Below are positions 23,630 to 38,014 of a stretch of DNA of 64,000 nt, one piece after another. Numbering within the stretch: position 1 is the stretch's first letter; every line of letters starts with the position of its first letter. Origin of the DNA: Octopus sinensis (taxonomy: Eukaryota); assembly GCF_006345805.1 (NCBI RefSeq), contig NC_043004.1, positions 68,572,001 to 68,636,000 on the forward strand, given 5' to 3'. The notes beneath the pieces are model-generated. The model did not search any database. It saw nothing but the letters and a program-made list of their open reading frames with translations, and had not been told where the DNA came from. Both the position numbers and the translations under genes were made by a program.

Positions 23630-26264
23630 TATATATATATATATATATATGTATTATATATAGTTTTTGCATCCCTGTAACATAGTGGTTCGACAAAAAG
23701 AGAGCAATAGAGTAAGTACCAATCTTAAAAGATTTGTACTGAGCTCAGCTTCATCTATTTTAACCATAGAAAAAGTAAAATGATCTCCTGCTTATACCGA
23801 ACGGAACATACTTTCTCCCGTATATCACAGTGAGGTATATCAACATACGGTAGAGAGTGAAAAACCGATACCTAGGTATGTAGTTGGAAAAGAGACTAAG
23901 TGTATTGTTAATAACGAAAGAGAAGTATATAAGCATTTGAAAAGTATTCTTAACGAAATGTTTCAGAGAAGATTAATTCATTCTTTAAAGTACAAGTACA
24001 GCTGCAAGATAGACCATATTTAATTAGAATTGATGACAGAACTATTAAGCTGATGTTGACAATGATTAACGACGTAAGGAGGGAATACATACAAGAAATT
24101 AATATCCATTCATTTTCGTGTATAGACACCTGCTTTTATTCACTTCCCATTACTATTAAGCAGTATCTTGGAAACATTTAAGACTTAAACATCTACAGAA
24201 CGATGAAGAAAAAATGGCAGCATAGATGTCAAACATTGAAAAAGGAATGTTGATTTTCAGGAGAATATTATTTAAGTGACTATACATATCAAATGGAAAC
24301 AAACAGCTATAAATTTACTTAACAAAAGCTGAAAAAGAAAACAGAAAAACGTCTGAGTTCTGCAAATCAAAAGAGAGTATTTAATTATATGGGGTTCATC
24401 TTTAATCAGGAATTAAATTTCTTCATAGGAAGAAGGGAGCTGAAAGAAAAATAATCTTGAAATACATTTGAAATCAACCAACTGTTTAAAGAGAAATGAA
24501 TGGGAGCTGATAGATGTAAGAGAATCTCCTCGTGAATCTATGGATTCCTTCTGGAGAAAAAATCTGGAGTAAGAATAGAAAGGATTTTGACCGGGATGCG
24601 GTGTGGTTAAAAGAGATTCGAATTCATAAGATTTATTGTTCATGCAATGCATCAAATGTGTTCAGCATTAACGGTGACAGCATTCAGATACTGATAAAAA
24701 AGAACGGCAAAACAAAAATATTTCAGGATATGGAAACTCCAGAGATTTGGTTGTCAGTTATTGGTACATAAAATTGATCTTTGATCGACAGTATGCTATC
24801 AAACACTCAGCGCATTTTCAGTCATTGTATACATATCTCAAAATGATTGTTATTGACGGAAACAAATCTGATACAATGGAACAGAGCCAATCACAAGGCG
24901 AAAAATATGTCCAATTCCATGCCAACATTGAATGCATAAAGTGTATATATTTGTCTGAAACTATTCCTTCACGACTACGTTATGATAACAATATCACAGA
25001 GAAACACAGCTGTTAAGGGATAAGTTTCCGGGTTGTACCGAAGAATAAAACTGTCATACCAAAGAATCGACTGTATAGAAGGAATTTTGTTTTAGTCTAG
25101 CTGGATTGCAACAAACCATCTTAATCTGTTCCATGTTCGTAGGTGCTAGAGTCACTTTAGGCTGACAAAGTTGCAGAGATCATAATAACACCGTATGCCT
25201 TCATATTAGGTCACCGTTCTGACATAAGACATAGAGAATGATTGCAGTGTGTTTCTGAGAGTGTATCAGCTCAGAGGGTTATATTCTATGATGCCGTTTA
25301 TACTCGTGGTGTTGTATTTACTATGTTTTGTTTCGGATATCTGAAGGTTGTGTCAATTAGTTTTTAAGAAGATAAAAACCACCAATTTTATATCTTTTCT
25401 GCTATAGGCTCACGGTCTGAAATTTTGTGGGAGGGAATTAATCAGTTTACTCAGCCAGTACTTGACTAGAACTTATTTTATCGGCTCTAAAAAAAAATGA
25501 ATGGGGTAAAGTCGACTGCGGCGGAATTTAAACTCAGAATCTAAAGACAGACGAAACTAGAGAATATTGCGCCGAGATGAAAAAAAAATATTGTTTTCAG
25601 AACTTTCTACGTGTTACAAATATAAATATGTTTGCTACAGCAATCCTTAAATCAACATTATGGTTACTCAGTCGATCGCCAGATAAGATCGAAGATGCTG
25701 GAGTTAAAAAAGTGAAAACCAAATGGGACACACCAGGAATTTTCACATCAATAGTGTTATTTACTGCCAAACAAAGAACTGAGGTAGAAGCCTACAATAG
25801 CGCTGACCAGCTTCTGAATGACGCAAATATTCATTCGACGACCTGCGTTGATATGCATCTAAGGATGAAGTCTGTAAACATTTAGCAAATAATGTTTTTG
25901 AGAGTTGGAAAAAATGTGCTCTTAAAGACATCTCTGATCGGTAACCTGGCTTAAATATCGAGAAAATTGCCCAGCAGCATTGTAACAGAAAATCAAGGGA
26001 TCGTTATTTTTATATTTCACCAGTAAAAGGTAATGCATGGTTATGCAGTGAGAAAGCTCACGATATGTAGCAAACTAGAAAAGTAGAATAGGCAATTCTA
26101 AACTTTAATTAATTCTTATTTTGAAAGGAAAGATTTTGAAATCCAAGAACAGAAAATAAAATACTTGATGCAAGTGAAATATCTGTATCTGACAACCGAA
26201 GAAGACTTGAAAAAATTAACACCGAAGACGTCGCTCTTGTCATAAGTAAATGTTTTAAAAAACA

Positions 26265-26671
26265 TTCTTTTCTACTCTAAGTACATGGCTCGAAATGTTT
26301 GGAGAGGATGGGGGTAGTCGATTAGATCGACCTAGTATGCAACTGGTACTTAATTTATCGACCCCGAAAGGATGAAAGGCAACGTCGACCTCGGTGGAAT
26401 TTGAACTCACAACGTAAAGACAGACGAAATACCTATTTCTATTTCTTTATTACCCACAAGGGGCTAAACACAGAGGGGACAAACAAGGAGAGACATAGGT
26501 ATTAAATCGATAACATCGACCCCAGTGCGTAAATGGTACTTAATTTATCGACCCCGAAAGGATGAAAGGCAACGTCGACCTCGGTGGAATTTGAACTCAC
26601 AACGTAAAGACAGACGAAATACCGCTAGGCATTTCGCCCGGCGTGCTTACCGTTTCTGCCAGCTCGCCACC
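26265..26671 (-). mobile_element. SINE family A, multimeric
   Basis: Head at 26671. The body unit occurs twice (~26340-26430 and ~26520-26620), with an alternative terminal tail at 26265-26335. Confidence 0.9.
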
Positions 26672-27036
26672 TTTAATACTTTAAAAGTATTCAAAACGAT
26701 TTAACTAAGATGCAAAACCAGAGTTATACGTACAACCATACATCAGAGTCATACATGCATACATACATAAATACACAGATGCAGTTCTATATATGAACTC
26801 GTAATTTTTGTTTAGACTTTATTTCTCTGAGAGAGTTAACGTTATGACTAACGTTATTCTTATACAGAGGTTTCTAACGAAGTACGAACATTCTTTCCTA
26901 CCATAAAAAAATTGTTATTACAGAATGTATTCCAGATCAGTGTATCTTTACAGGTTATCCGGTTCAACTTTATAAATTTACAATTTAAAAAAAAATTCTG
27001 TTTCTATCTTCTTGATATTATTTCGAGATTAAACAG

Positions 27037-27074
<38 letters not shown>

Positions 27075-27082
<8 letters not shown>

Positions 27083-27270
27083 CACGCACTCATACTTAAG
27101 CACACCACACACATAAATGTATACATATATTTATATGTGTGTCTAAGTGTGTGAGAGTATGTGTATATATATATATTCATATACTAACAGACAGCTTTAG
27201 ATATTTTCATATGCGCTCAACCTAATATATGCATATATATTTACGCACGCACAAAGACAGGGACGTATAT

Positions 27271-27315
<45 letters not shown>

Positions 27316-27535
27316 TATATATATATATAATATATATATATATACACGCACTCATACTAAGCACACACACACACATAAATGTATACATATATTTATATGT
27401 GTGTCTAAGTGTGTGAGAGTATGTGTATATATATATATATATTCATATACTAACAGACAGCTTTAGATATTTTCATATGCGCTCAACCTAATATATGCAT
27501 ATATTTACGCACGCACAAAGACAGGGACGTATATA
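27075..27535. repeat. Tandem duplication of a ~190-bp unit bounded by (TA)n
   Basis: ~27080-27270 and ~27342-27532 are nearly identical, differing mainly by small indels. Confidence 0.85.
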
Positions 27536-28240
27536 TATATATATTATATATATATGTATATATATTATTTATATATATATATATATACTTATATATATAT
27601 ATACATATATATTGTGTGTATGTATGTAATGTATATATATATATATGTATATATATGTAAAGCGAAAGAGACAGAGGGAGAGATTCGCTTATGTTGATAC
27701 ATTTTAAACTTTCATACGCACCCCTCACACACACACATACACACACAAACATACATATACGTTTACATGTGTATGTGTCTGTATAGATTATTACATGCAT
27801 ATGAACAAAGACACACATGCGGAAGCACAAACCCACACATATATACACACGCACACGCATATATTACTACACACTTATATCTATACCACTATAGTCTCGT
27901 TCTCCCACTCGCCGACTCAACCTAATTGCTTGTCACTAAATTTCAAAATGTCTGAATTTTTCTCTTCATTTTTGTCGTTAGATATTCGTTACATTCTTTC
28001 TATTTGTCTTAAAGCAGAAATAAAATAGAAAGCAAATATTTTTGACGTGAATGTATTTTTCTTCCTTCTGCTGTTGACATTCTAGAATAATTCTACACAA
28101 GGTAGAATAAGAAAAAGAAAATTGATGTCTTGTTTATTTCTGTGATATTTTAAAATGGTTCTGAAACGTCTTCTCTTGTATTTTGTATTTGTGTATCCAT
28201 TTTACACATTTTCTACTGTCTCTATAACTTTCCAATTCAT

Positions 28241-28399
<159 letters not shown>

Positions 28400-28603
28400 C
28401 TTCATATTTTGTATCAGTTAGTATCTGTTTTTTCCTCTTTCTGTCTTCATTTGTTCTCCTTTATAATAATAGTCAAAGTTGTTAACTGAACAATAGAGTT
28501 TCAACATGTTTGAACAAGAAGCACACATGTAAATACTGTACACACACACACATATTCGCGCAAGTAGTCACACACACACACAGACACACACACACAGACA
28601 CAG

Positions 28604-28634
<31 letters not shown>

Positions 28635-28814
28635 CACAAACGCATATACATATGAAGTGTCATTCTAATGACTAACACTGATAATGTTACGTAAATTCTC
28701 ACTTCGAACTTTTAAGTAAAGTAGCGTTCAAAGAAGAGATGGTGGAGCAACAATTGTCACTGATCAGTAGAGGCGTGTTAAATTATTTCACTGTCTTATC
28801 ATTTGGATTATTAT

Positions 28815-29271
28815 TGGCTTCCCAATCACGTTTTTCAGGTTCAGTCCCACTGCGTGGCACCTTGGCCAAAATATATTCTACTTTAGCTTCGGGCTGACCA
28901 AAGCCTTGTGAGTGGATTTGGTAGATGGAAACTGAACGAAGCCCGTCGTATATATATATATCTGTGTGCGTGTGAATTGATAAAAAGGTGTTTTTTTCTA
29001 ATATATATATATATATATATGTGTGTGTGCGTATGTTTGTGCGTGTGTACGTATGTGTGTGCGTGTGTGTGTGACTGTGTATTTGTGTCTGTGCTTGTTC
29101 CCCACCCCATTATCGCTGGACAACCGATAATGGTGTGTTTACGTCCCCGTGAATTAGCGGTTCGCCAAGAGTGACGGATACAGTAAGTACTAGGCTGTCC
29201 AGCGATAATGGGGTGGGGAACAAGCACAAACACAAATACACAGTCACACACACACACACGCGCACACACAT

Positions 29272-29319
<48 letters not shown>

Positions 29320-29320
29320 G
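28815..29320 (+). mobile_element. SINE family B with an inverted duplication replacing the 3' end
   Basis: The body runs to ~29195. 29197-29320 is the reverse complement of ~29000-29121. Confidence 0.8.
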
Positions 29321-29687
29321 TACACATCTTGAACTTTTAGTCGAATGGATGTCCCTGGTAGTTAGCCAATGAAGCACGTTCAGTGCCTCACTGCTTTTGA
29401 CTTCCTGACGTTATTCACGGTATCTACACAATTGTCGTGATCTGCCCCTCGCCATTCCTGCCCAACGGCTTAAACGTACGTTCACTAAGAACATGCTGTA
29501 TTAAAACCTATCCACATTGGGTTTATTTGAAGAGTCCCCCTTTTAAACTCACCTCATTCAATGACAGTTGCACCACAACCAGATGCACAAAACTTCTGCC
29601 GCGAGGAATCGATGCAGGGTAGGTCGAAACGATCGTTATCAGGAATAAAATTCCGCGTACATTTCATTCTCAGTCTCTGTCATTTAT

Positions 29688-29772
<85 letters not shown>

Positions 29773-30274
29773 ATGAGTGTGTGTGTGTGTCTGTGTGTGT
29801 GCCTGTGTGTGTATAATATATAAGCCATACACGTGTATATACGTATTGTATACATTCTATTCCTCGTCACTATCATTTGTTATATATATTATATGTATGC
29901 AATACACGTGTATAAATATATTGAAGATACACACACACACACACTCACACATGCGCGTATATATGTATATGCATTACACGTGCTTGTAGGCGCATTCACG
30001 TGCATATAAATTTCAATTAACTAAACCCATAAATAAAGCAAATAAGCATCTTTTTAAAAAAACAACTATATTAAAAAAACGACACACTAAGAAAACTATT
30101 ATATACATATTATATAAGAAGAAAAGTGATAGACTTATATACATATTATATAGAAGAAAAGTGATAGACTTGACAAGTGAAACATAAAAAGGAGAAAAAT
30201 TGCTGATTCGTACAAGAGGCAAAAGAAGGCAAGGGAGATAATAAAGAGGAAGTCGATGGTAGAAATAGAACAAG

Positions 30275-30312
30275 TCTTTTATGTTTCGAGCCTACGCTCT
30301 TCGACAGAAAGA
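30275..30312 (-). ncRNA. Minimal hammerhead motif (A6U variant), second family member; element ~30010-30345
   Basis: Minus strand: tcttt-CTGTCGA-a-gagc-gtag-gctc-GAAA-ca-TA-aaaga. One substitution relative to 20086-20123. Confidence 0.6.
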
Positions 30313-30343
30313 TACACAAAAGAAACAAGGAGAAGAAAAATGC

Positions 30344-30416
<73 letters not shown>

Positions 30417-30420
30417 TATA

Positions 30421-30495
<75 letters not shown>

Positions 30496-30537
30496 TATAT
30501 AGATATATATATATATATACACATATATATATGTGTG

Positions 30538-30908
30538 TTGTGTGTGGTAGTAGCATTGCTTCCCATCCCACCACATGGATCCGGTTTCAGTTCACTGCGT
30601 GGCACCTTAGGCAAGTATCTTCTGATATAGCCTCCGCCCGACCAAAGCCTTATGAGTGGATTTGGTAGATGGAAAACGTGAAAGAAGCCCGTCGTGTATA
30701 TATACATATATATTATATATATATATATGTATGTATATATATATATATATATATAATATATATATATTATATGTGTGTGTTGGTGTTTGTGTGTCTGTGT
30801 TTGCCCTCCAACTATTGTTTGACAATCGATGCTGATGTGTTTACGTCCACGTAACTTAGCGGTTCGGTATAAGAGACCGATAGAATAAGTAGTAGACTTA
30901 CAAAGAAA
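30538..30908 (+). mobile_element. SINE family B, 3'-truncated, with expanded internal (TA)n
   Basis: Homology to 9121-9440. Confidence 0.8.
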
Positions 30909-33125
30909 TATATATAATATATATATATATATTATATTATATATATATATATTCACAGAATGTACACATTTGTAAATACACGGTGCACATTTTTGGTGTT
31001 ATTCTTCTATATATTCGAGGACTTAAAATTTGGAGTAAATGCCGGATATATTCTTAAATCCGTTCAAGCAGTGTCAGCCGGATTTAGTCCAAATATAGTT
31101 GAGATTAGAGCTGAAGCAAAGCGAAATGTAATGCAAAACTACCCAATTGTTCTTTACATTTAAAGCGCCGTCAGTATCAGTGTAGTAGCGGTGAGATAAA
31201 ATATATATAAGAAATATATCAACGATAATAAAGTGAGTGATTTCCAAAAACATTAAAAAAGGTTAATGTAAGTAGTTTAGGGTTTGTCTGATAGTTAGAT
31301 TAACGGTATGTTACAAAATTTTCATACGTCATTGCATTTGAATATCCTCCTGTCTATCTGAAAAATACTATATATTACAAAGTAGCAATATATTTTTATT
31401 AGCTCCAAGTTAATTAATCTCTGTTGCTTCTATTACAAGAAGCACATCTTGTGAACATTCATGTTACCAGCCAAGTAAATTTTGGAAATACAGCATATAC
31501 TAAATTCAGTTATAAATTCAATTAACTCACTTTAATTAAAACCTTAATTTTATTGATAAATTACTTTATAGTAAAGTCTCACTTACGAGCTGTTAATATT
31601 TGCAGCCTAAGGATTATATCATATGATATGCGAAGTTAATATTTACATGTAGTTTAGCAATAGTGAGGCAGTTTGAAAATAATTTAGGCTCGAAGGCGCT
31701 GTGGCTGCTATTATTATGAAATATTATGAATATTGAAAAAAGAAACAACTTGAGCGCAGAACAAACTAATACAGCAACATATTTGCAAGCGGCAGTCAAA
31801 GCCATTTCACTTACAATCTAATGTTCCGCGGAATGTAGGAAAATTAATCTTATTTTCTCTACTCTATAAATAGTTTCCTTGTGCCCAGTTAGAAATAACA
31901 ATGATTGGTGTAACGAATTAACCTTGTATTTTTTTAATTATTTACATTCGTTTCTACGTTTTATTTTCAGGTGATTAAATCTCTAGCAGAATTCTCGTGA
32001 ATGTCGTCACTGCTTAAAATAATGGCTTCCTATATCACGACTAAATTAAAATGGCTTAATTGAAAACGGTGTCGGATAACAGGAAACTTCGCAAATAAGG
32101 TTCGACTAATCACTTGAACGTGGCGAAAATATTCAGCGTAATACACGCAAACTTCCCTATCATTTCTCTAACCTTGTAAATTAAAATCCGTAAAAAGAGA
32201 TAAGGATAATTTATTGATAACCGTTGCATGGATTGGATTTTGCTGAGAACGAGGTTTGTTATTTCCCTTATTAAATAAGAATGCCATGATAAAGAAAAGA
32301 AAAAGAGGAAAAAGAAAAAGAAAAAGAAAGTAATCAACTACGCATAATAAAATAACAAAAGCTAAAAAAAACATGATCAATTCATTGGATGCTTGTATTT
32401 GATTTGATTTCTTTCAAGATGTTGGTGGTTGAGGTGGAAACACGAGGTTATTGGCAAAAGCGGTTCGGTGTTGAGTGTTTTAACGCAATAACAGCCTTAA
32501 AATAATATGATCGGACGCGCAAATAAGGCGACATGAAAGGACGAAACCAAGATACTCGACTGTCAAATGGTCCAATCCTCGAAGTTGTAAGGAGGTTCCA
32601 CATTTTTATAGTGGAAGTTGTTTTTATCTTCGTGAAATATTATGAATACTGAAAAAAATACACAGACGCCTAACAAACTAATATGGCGGTGAATTTCCAA
32701 AAGACAGTCAGAGCCATTTTATATCACTTACACTCGAGTACACTTAAATTCTTTCCTTGTTGTTTTTTCTTGTTATAATTTTATTTGTTTTTTTTTTCAT
32801 TAGACTGCAGCCATGCTTGAAGGAATTAGTCGAACAAAGAAAGCCCAGTACTTTACTTAGTTTTAAATCTGGAACTTAATTTATCCAAGTACTGGAGATG
32901 TGGGATTGAACGGGAAACTACATGGTTGTAGAAGGAACTTCCTAACCACACAGACATATCTGAGTCTAATCTATTATATTAATAGAAAATAAAATCAATT
33001 CTCTTTAAAACCTCAGATTTATTATACGGCTTCTCTTTTTATAATCTTCCTTTCCAGAGTTTTATTTTCCGTATACGCCATTTTGCAATTGAATAGATGT
33101 TTGTTAATAGACAATTCTAAGCAGC

Positions 33126-33177
<52 letters not shown>

Positions 33178-33214
33178 GGATAGATAGATAGATAGATAGA
33201 TAGATGGATAGATG

Positions 33215-33268
<54 letters not shown>

Positions 33269-33802
33269 AGATAGATAGAAAGTAGACAGATACAGAGAAA
33301 AAAGAGATACATATAGATATATTGGAAATGAGAGGGAAAGAAAAGGGGAAGAGAGATTTATGGCGGATATGAGGAAATAAGACAGCCAACCACTCCTTTT
33401 GTTTAGGATTCCATATATATTTGCACTCAGTTGTTATTAGGAATTGGTAATTCACTTCATTATGTCTATATGTGAGTGCGCGCGCGCGCGCGTGTTTGTT
33501 TTTATATATATATATACATATACACATATATATGTTCATACATCTAGGAACCATATATATATGTACATACGCACACATGCACACACATACACATATATAG
33601 TTAGAAACTCTGAGCGTTGCCCACGTAAATATCATCATCATCATTATCATCAACATCATCCACTCCGTCACGCTCCATCACCATCCATCACCATCCATTA
33701 CAATTATCATCATTCTTATCAGCGTTATCAACATTGTTGGCCTTCTTTCTATTACTATATATATTTATATATTTATTATATATGTATATATGTATATATA
33801 TG

Positions 33803-33872
<70 letters not shown>

Positions 33873-33885
33873 GTATATATGTATT

Positions 33886-33924
<39 letters not shown>

Positions 33925-34060
33925 AGATGTACTCGCATAGCAAGTGATTTGATCTGAGATCGTGTGCTGAAACGAAAACAATTGCAGCGGTGAAGGTGTT
34001 TATAAGCCATTTAAGAAACACACAAAAGCCGTGTCGATTCACTTCAACATTTAAGTTTAA

Positions 34061-34110
34061 TTTGTCAAAATATTTTCGTCGCTAAAATCCGCGACCTGTT
34101 CACTGACAAA
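34061..34110 (-). ncRNA. Minimal hammerhead motif, G3-C8 core variant; element ~33921-34150 in (TA)n
   Basis: Minus strand: tttgtca-GTGAACA-g-gtcgc-ggatttta-gcgac-GAAA-atat-TT-tgacaaa. Perfect 7-bp stem I, 5-bp stem II, palindromic stem III aatatt. Confidence 0.75.
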
Positions 34111-34953
34111 AAATCCGTGCTGCATCTGAGAAAGTAAGAGTTAGTTCGTTATATATATGTACGTATGTATGTGTGTATGTATGCATACACTCATGTATGC
34201 ATGTATGTATGTATGTACGTACATACGCCTGTGTATGCATGTATGTATGTATGTATGTATATATGTATGTGTGTGTATATGCACGCACATACACACTATA
34301 AACATAAAACTATAAACTTGTAGTGGTGGATAGATGTAGACTGACCACTCATCACAATAATATCAAATTTCAACCTCCCCCCCGCCGAAACTAGGAAGTG
34401 ATTTACGACCCTCACCCCCAAAACAAAACCTTAAACCTATTATCAGACATGTATCTCTATAACACAGAACTTTTGTTTTACTATTACTTGTTGTTTTTTT
34501 TCCCCAACCTACATCTAGTTAGTTCCGGTCAAATGTATATACGTATGTATGTGCGTATGCATGTATGTATGTATGTATGTATGTATGTATGTATGTATGT
34601 ATGTATGTATGTATGTATGTATGTATGTATGTGTGTATGTACACACGTACGCATGTGCGTATATATGTATACGCGCGTATGTATGTACACACGTACGCAT
34701 GTGCGTATATATGTATACGCGCACCTATGCATGTGCCCATGTATGTGTGTGCCCATTGTGCCATACATGTGCACATGTATATGTGCGCACGTACATATTA
34801 CGCACACACATACATGGGTACATGCATAGGTGCACGTATACATACACACATGCATACGCACATGCATACGCGCATACATACGTATATACGCGTGTCACCG
34901 CAGCTCTCACGATCTATACTTACTGTGCCACAAGTATATAACGTTACACTCAC

Positions 34954-35016
34954 CTTGCCAACTGGTCGTCGCCAAATTTTTAGTTCTCCTATCCATATAC
35001 TGCATTAGCATCCAGT
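34954..35016 (-). other. Candidate 63-nt spliced exon of a minus-strand host transcript
   Basis: Acceptor tgtgcttctacag| and donor aag|gtgagt. One frame is open (WMLMQYMDRRTKNLATTSWQ). No homology recognised. Confidence 0.3.
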
Positions 35017-35362
35017 CTGTAGAAGCACAGCACAAGAGCCCTGCTCTCTTTGTCGCATCATCTCAGTTTCATGCAAGAAGCACATCATTTTGCATGCTTT
35101 ATCGATCGACAGAGCGGATATCATGTTACAAATCGACCATGACATTTGACATTTTCTCACTCACCTCTTCAGGGAAGAAGATGACTACTTTTTTGCTTCT
35201 GATAAACGAGAGTTTGTAACTTTTCATTTGTACGTTCTTGGGCAAATTTCTCAGACAAACCAAAGAAATCATCATCATCATTATCCTCCTCCTGATCATC
35301 ATCGCCACCATTATCTCCACCACCATTATTCCCCCATTACTACGACTACCACCACCACCACC

Positions 35363-35427
<65 letters not shown>

Positions 35428-35836
35428 GATTCCTAACACTATGGTTGTTGTTTCTCATTATGTTTACTGTTAGTCAGATGTGTGCGTGTGTGTATGCGTG
35501 CGCGCGCGCGAGTCTGATTTTACAGAAGTTATATTTTGATCTCCCAGTTTTTCACAGTTACCGTTACTGTATCAGAGATGTTCTTGTTATTCCAGATGTT
35601 TTAACACATTTAAAAGAAATCTGAAAGATTTATAAACAATACTTCACACCCTACACTTACACAGCCAAACAAATACACTACCAAACACCACATACACAAG
35701 CACGCACATATATTAAATAGGATTCGAGCAGACTGGTGGAGGCCTGCTTCGGTAAGTCATGGATTGTTTTGAGACGATGAAGAAAAGTGTAAAAGTATTT
35801 TGCTGCGAAATATGGAGATTCCGATGTTTCGGACTA

Positions 35837-36250
35837 TACTCTCTTTTACTCTTTTTTTACTTGTTTCAGTCATTTGACTGCGGCCATGCTGGAGCACCGC
35901 CTTTAGTCAAGCAAATTGACCCCGGGACTTATTCTTTTGTAAGCTCAGTACTTATTATATCGGTCTATTTTGCCGAACCGCTAGGTAACGGGGACATGAA
36001 CACACCAGCATCGGTTGTCAAGCAATGCTAGGGGACAAACACAGACACACAAACACACACGCACATTCACATATATATACATATATACGGCGGGCTTCTT
36101 TCAGTTTCCGTCTACCAAATCCACTCACAAGGCTTTGGTCGGCCCGAGGCTATTGTAGAAGACACTTGCTCAAGGTGCCACGCAGTGGGACTGAACCCGG
36201 AACCATGTGGTTGGTAAACAAACTACTTACCACACAGCCACTCCTGTGCC
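35837..36250 (-). mobile_element. Full-length SINE family B
   Basis: Reverse complement of the 9121-9536 type. Confidence 0.9.
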
Positions 36251-36504
36251 TTAGTATGATTCCTTAGTACTGAGATAGCAGGAATAAAACAAAAATAGAA
36301 AAAAGGGAGAGCAGAGGAGTGGTATATCCTCCGTTTTTAAACCAATGGTAATAACTGATAAGGAGTCCCAAAATAAGGTGAGAATGCACAGGTGGACTGG
36401 ATGAATTAGGAGAAATTAGATAAAAAGAGAATCTGGTGAGTACACATACACATACACACACAATACACACGCACGTACACACGCACACCCATGCATACAT
36501 GTAT

Positions 36505-36648
36505 GCTCTTTACTCTTTTACTTGTTTCAGTCATCTGACTGCGGCCAGACAAACACAGACACACAAACATATACACACACATACGCATATACATACATAA
36601 ATACATACATACATACATACATACATACATAATACATGCATACATACA

Positions 36649-36682
<34 letters not shown>

Positions 36683-36718
36683 CATATATCTATATATATA
36701 TATATATATGTATATATA

Positions 36719-36753
<35 letters not shown>

Positions 36754-36955
36754 GTAACGTGAGCTTCCGTATGTATATTTACACATACATACGATGGGGC
36801 TTCTTTCAGTTTCCGTCTACCAAGTCCTCTCGAAAGGTCTGGGTCGGCCGGAGGCTATAGTAGAAGGCACTTGCTCAAGGTGCCTCGTAGTGGGATTGAA
36901 CCCAGAACCATGTGGTTGGTAAGTAAGCTACTTACCACACAGCCACTCCTGCGCC
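36505..36955 (-). mobile_element. SINE family B with an internal deletion and microsatellite expansion
   Basis: Tail at 36505-36546 and head at 36790-36955. Confidence 0.8.
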
Positions 36956-37605
36956 TATGTATATATAATTCTATTTTGCAACTGGATCCGGAAGCTCACG
37001 TTACACAATAAATAAAGGCATAAGATATTGGCCAGAAAAAAAACGAAAGCGGCCTTCGGTTTTTTTCTATCCCAAAAGATTTTTCAACCTAATAATTACA
37101 TATTATTATTTATAGTCTTATGTGTTCGTCGAAACCCTGTTCTAAACAATAATTATTTCACGTTCTCTCGAGCTTTCATATGACGGGAACAATACATATA
37201 TGTTTGAACAGAGATCTACTGAGTAACTTATGCAAAGGTTTTTGTCAAGTGACTGGAATTGTATATCTAGCTAGGAAATGACAACATAAACTTAGCATTA
37301 ATATTAAGCGTGTTTCACTGAAAAAGGAGATAAATCAAGTAATTAAGAATTCATTTTAGAAAATTGATTTGAATACGTTGGAGAAAATCTAATTTTTGTT
37401 TGGAAGTTGCGAGCTTGTTACGTCTTTATTTTAACTTAACAACGAAGTCAACAAAAGGCTGTTTTGATCGACTGGAAAATGCTTTAATATTTGCCAAAGA
37501 ATGGAATTAAAAGAAACGCTATGAAGAATTCTGGACAGCAATAGTTTGTGTAATTATATAAAAAAATATATTAAGCTAAGAAATAAAACTTAGGTAACTT
37601 AGATA

Positions 37606-38011
37606 GGCACAAGTGCAGCCGTGTGGTACGAAGCTTGCTTCCGAATCACATGATTCCAGGTTCAGTTCCATTACGTGGTACCTTGGGCAAGTATCTTTGC
37701 TTATAGCCTCGGACCAACCGAAGCTTCATGAGTGGATTTCGTTGACGGAAACTGAAAAGAAACCCGTCGTATATATACATGTAATATACCTGTGTGTTGT
37801 CTTTATGCTTGTGTTTGTCCCTCAACTCCGCTTGACAACCGGTGTTGGTGAGTTTACGTCGCTATAACTTAGTGGTTCGGCAAGAAGAGACCGATAGAAT
37901 GACTACCAGGCTTAAGAAAAAAATAATCCCTGGGGACGATACATTCGACTAAAAGCCTCCAAGGCAGTGCACTAACATGGCCGCAGTCCAATGACTGAAG
38001 CCAATAAAAAG
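37606..38011 (+). mobile_element. Older SINE family B-related copy
   Basis: Contains accttgggcaagt and the tail catggccgcagtccaatgactgaa. Confidence 0.8.
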
Positions 38012-38014
38012 ATG

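Noticed and set aside
23770-26250. Possible decayed MULE/other DNA transposase (IYCSCN, EAYNS fragments)
   Set aside because: Only scattered short motifs in broken frames; needs a frameshift-aware HMM search.
29548-29600. Minus-strand donor gag|gtgagt with a 43-nt candidate exon
   Set aside because: Weak acceptor and no other support.
35810-35845. 3' half of a hammerhead-like motif on the minus strand next to a SINE tail
   Set aside because: The core CUGANGA half is missing; cannot be supported.
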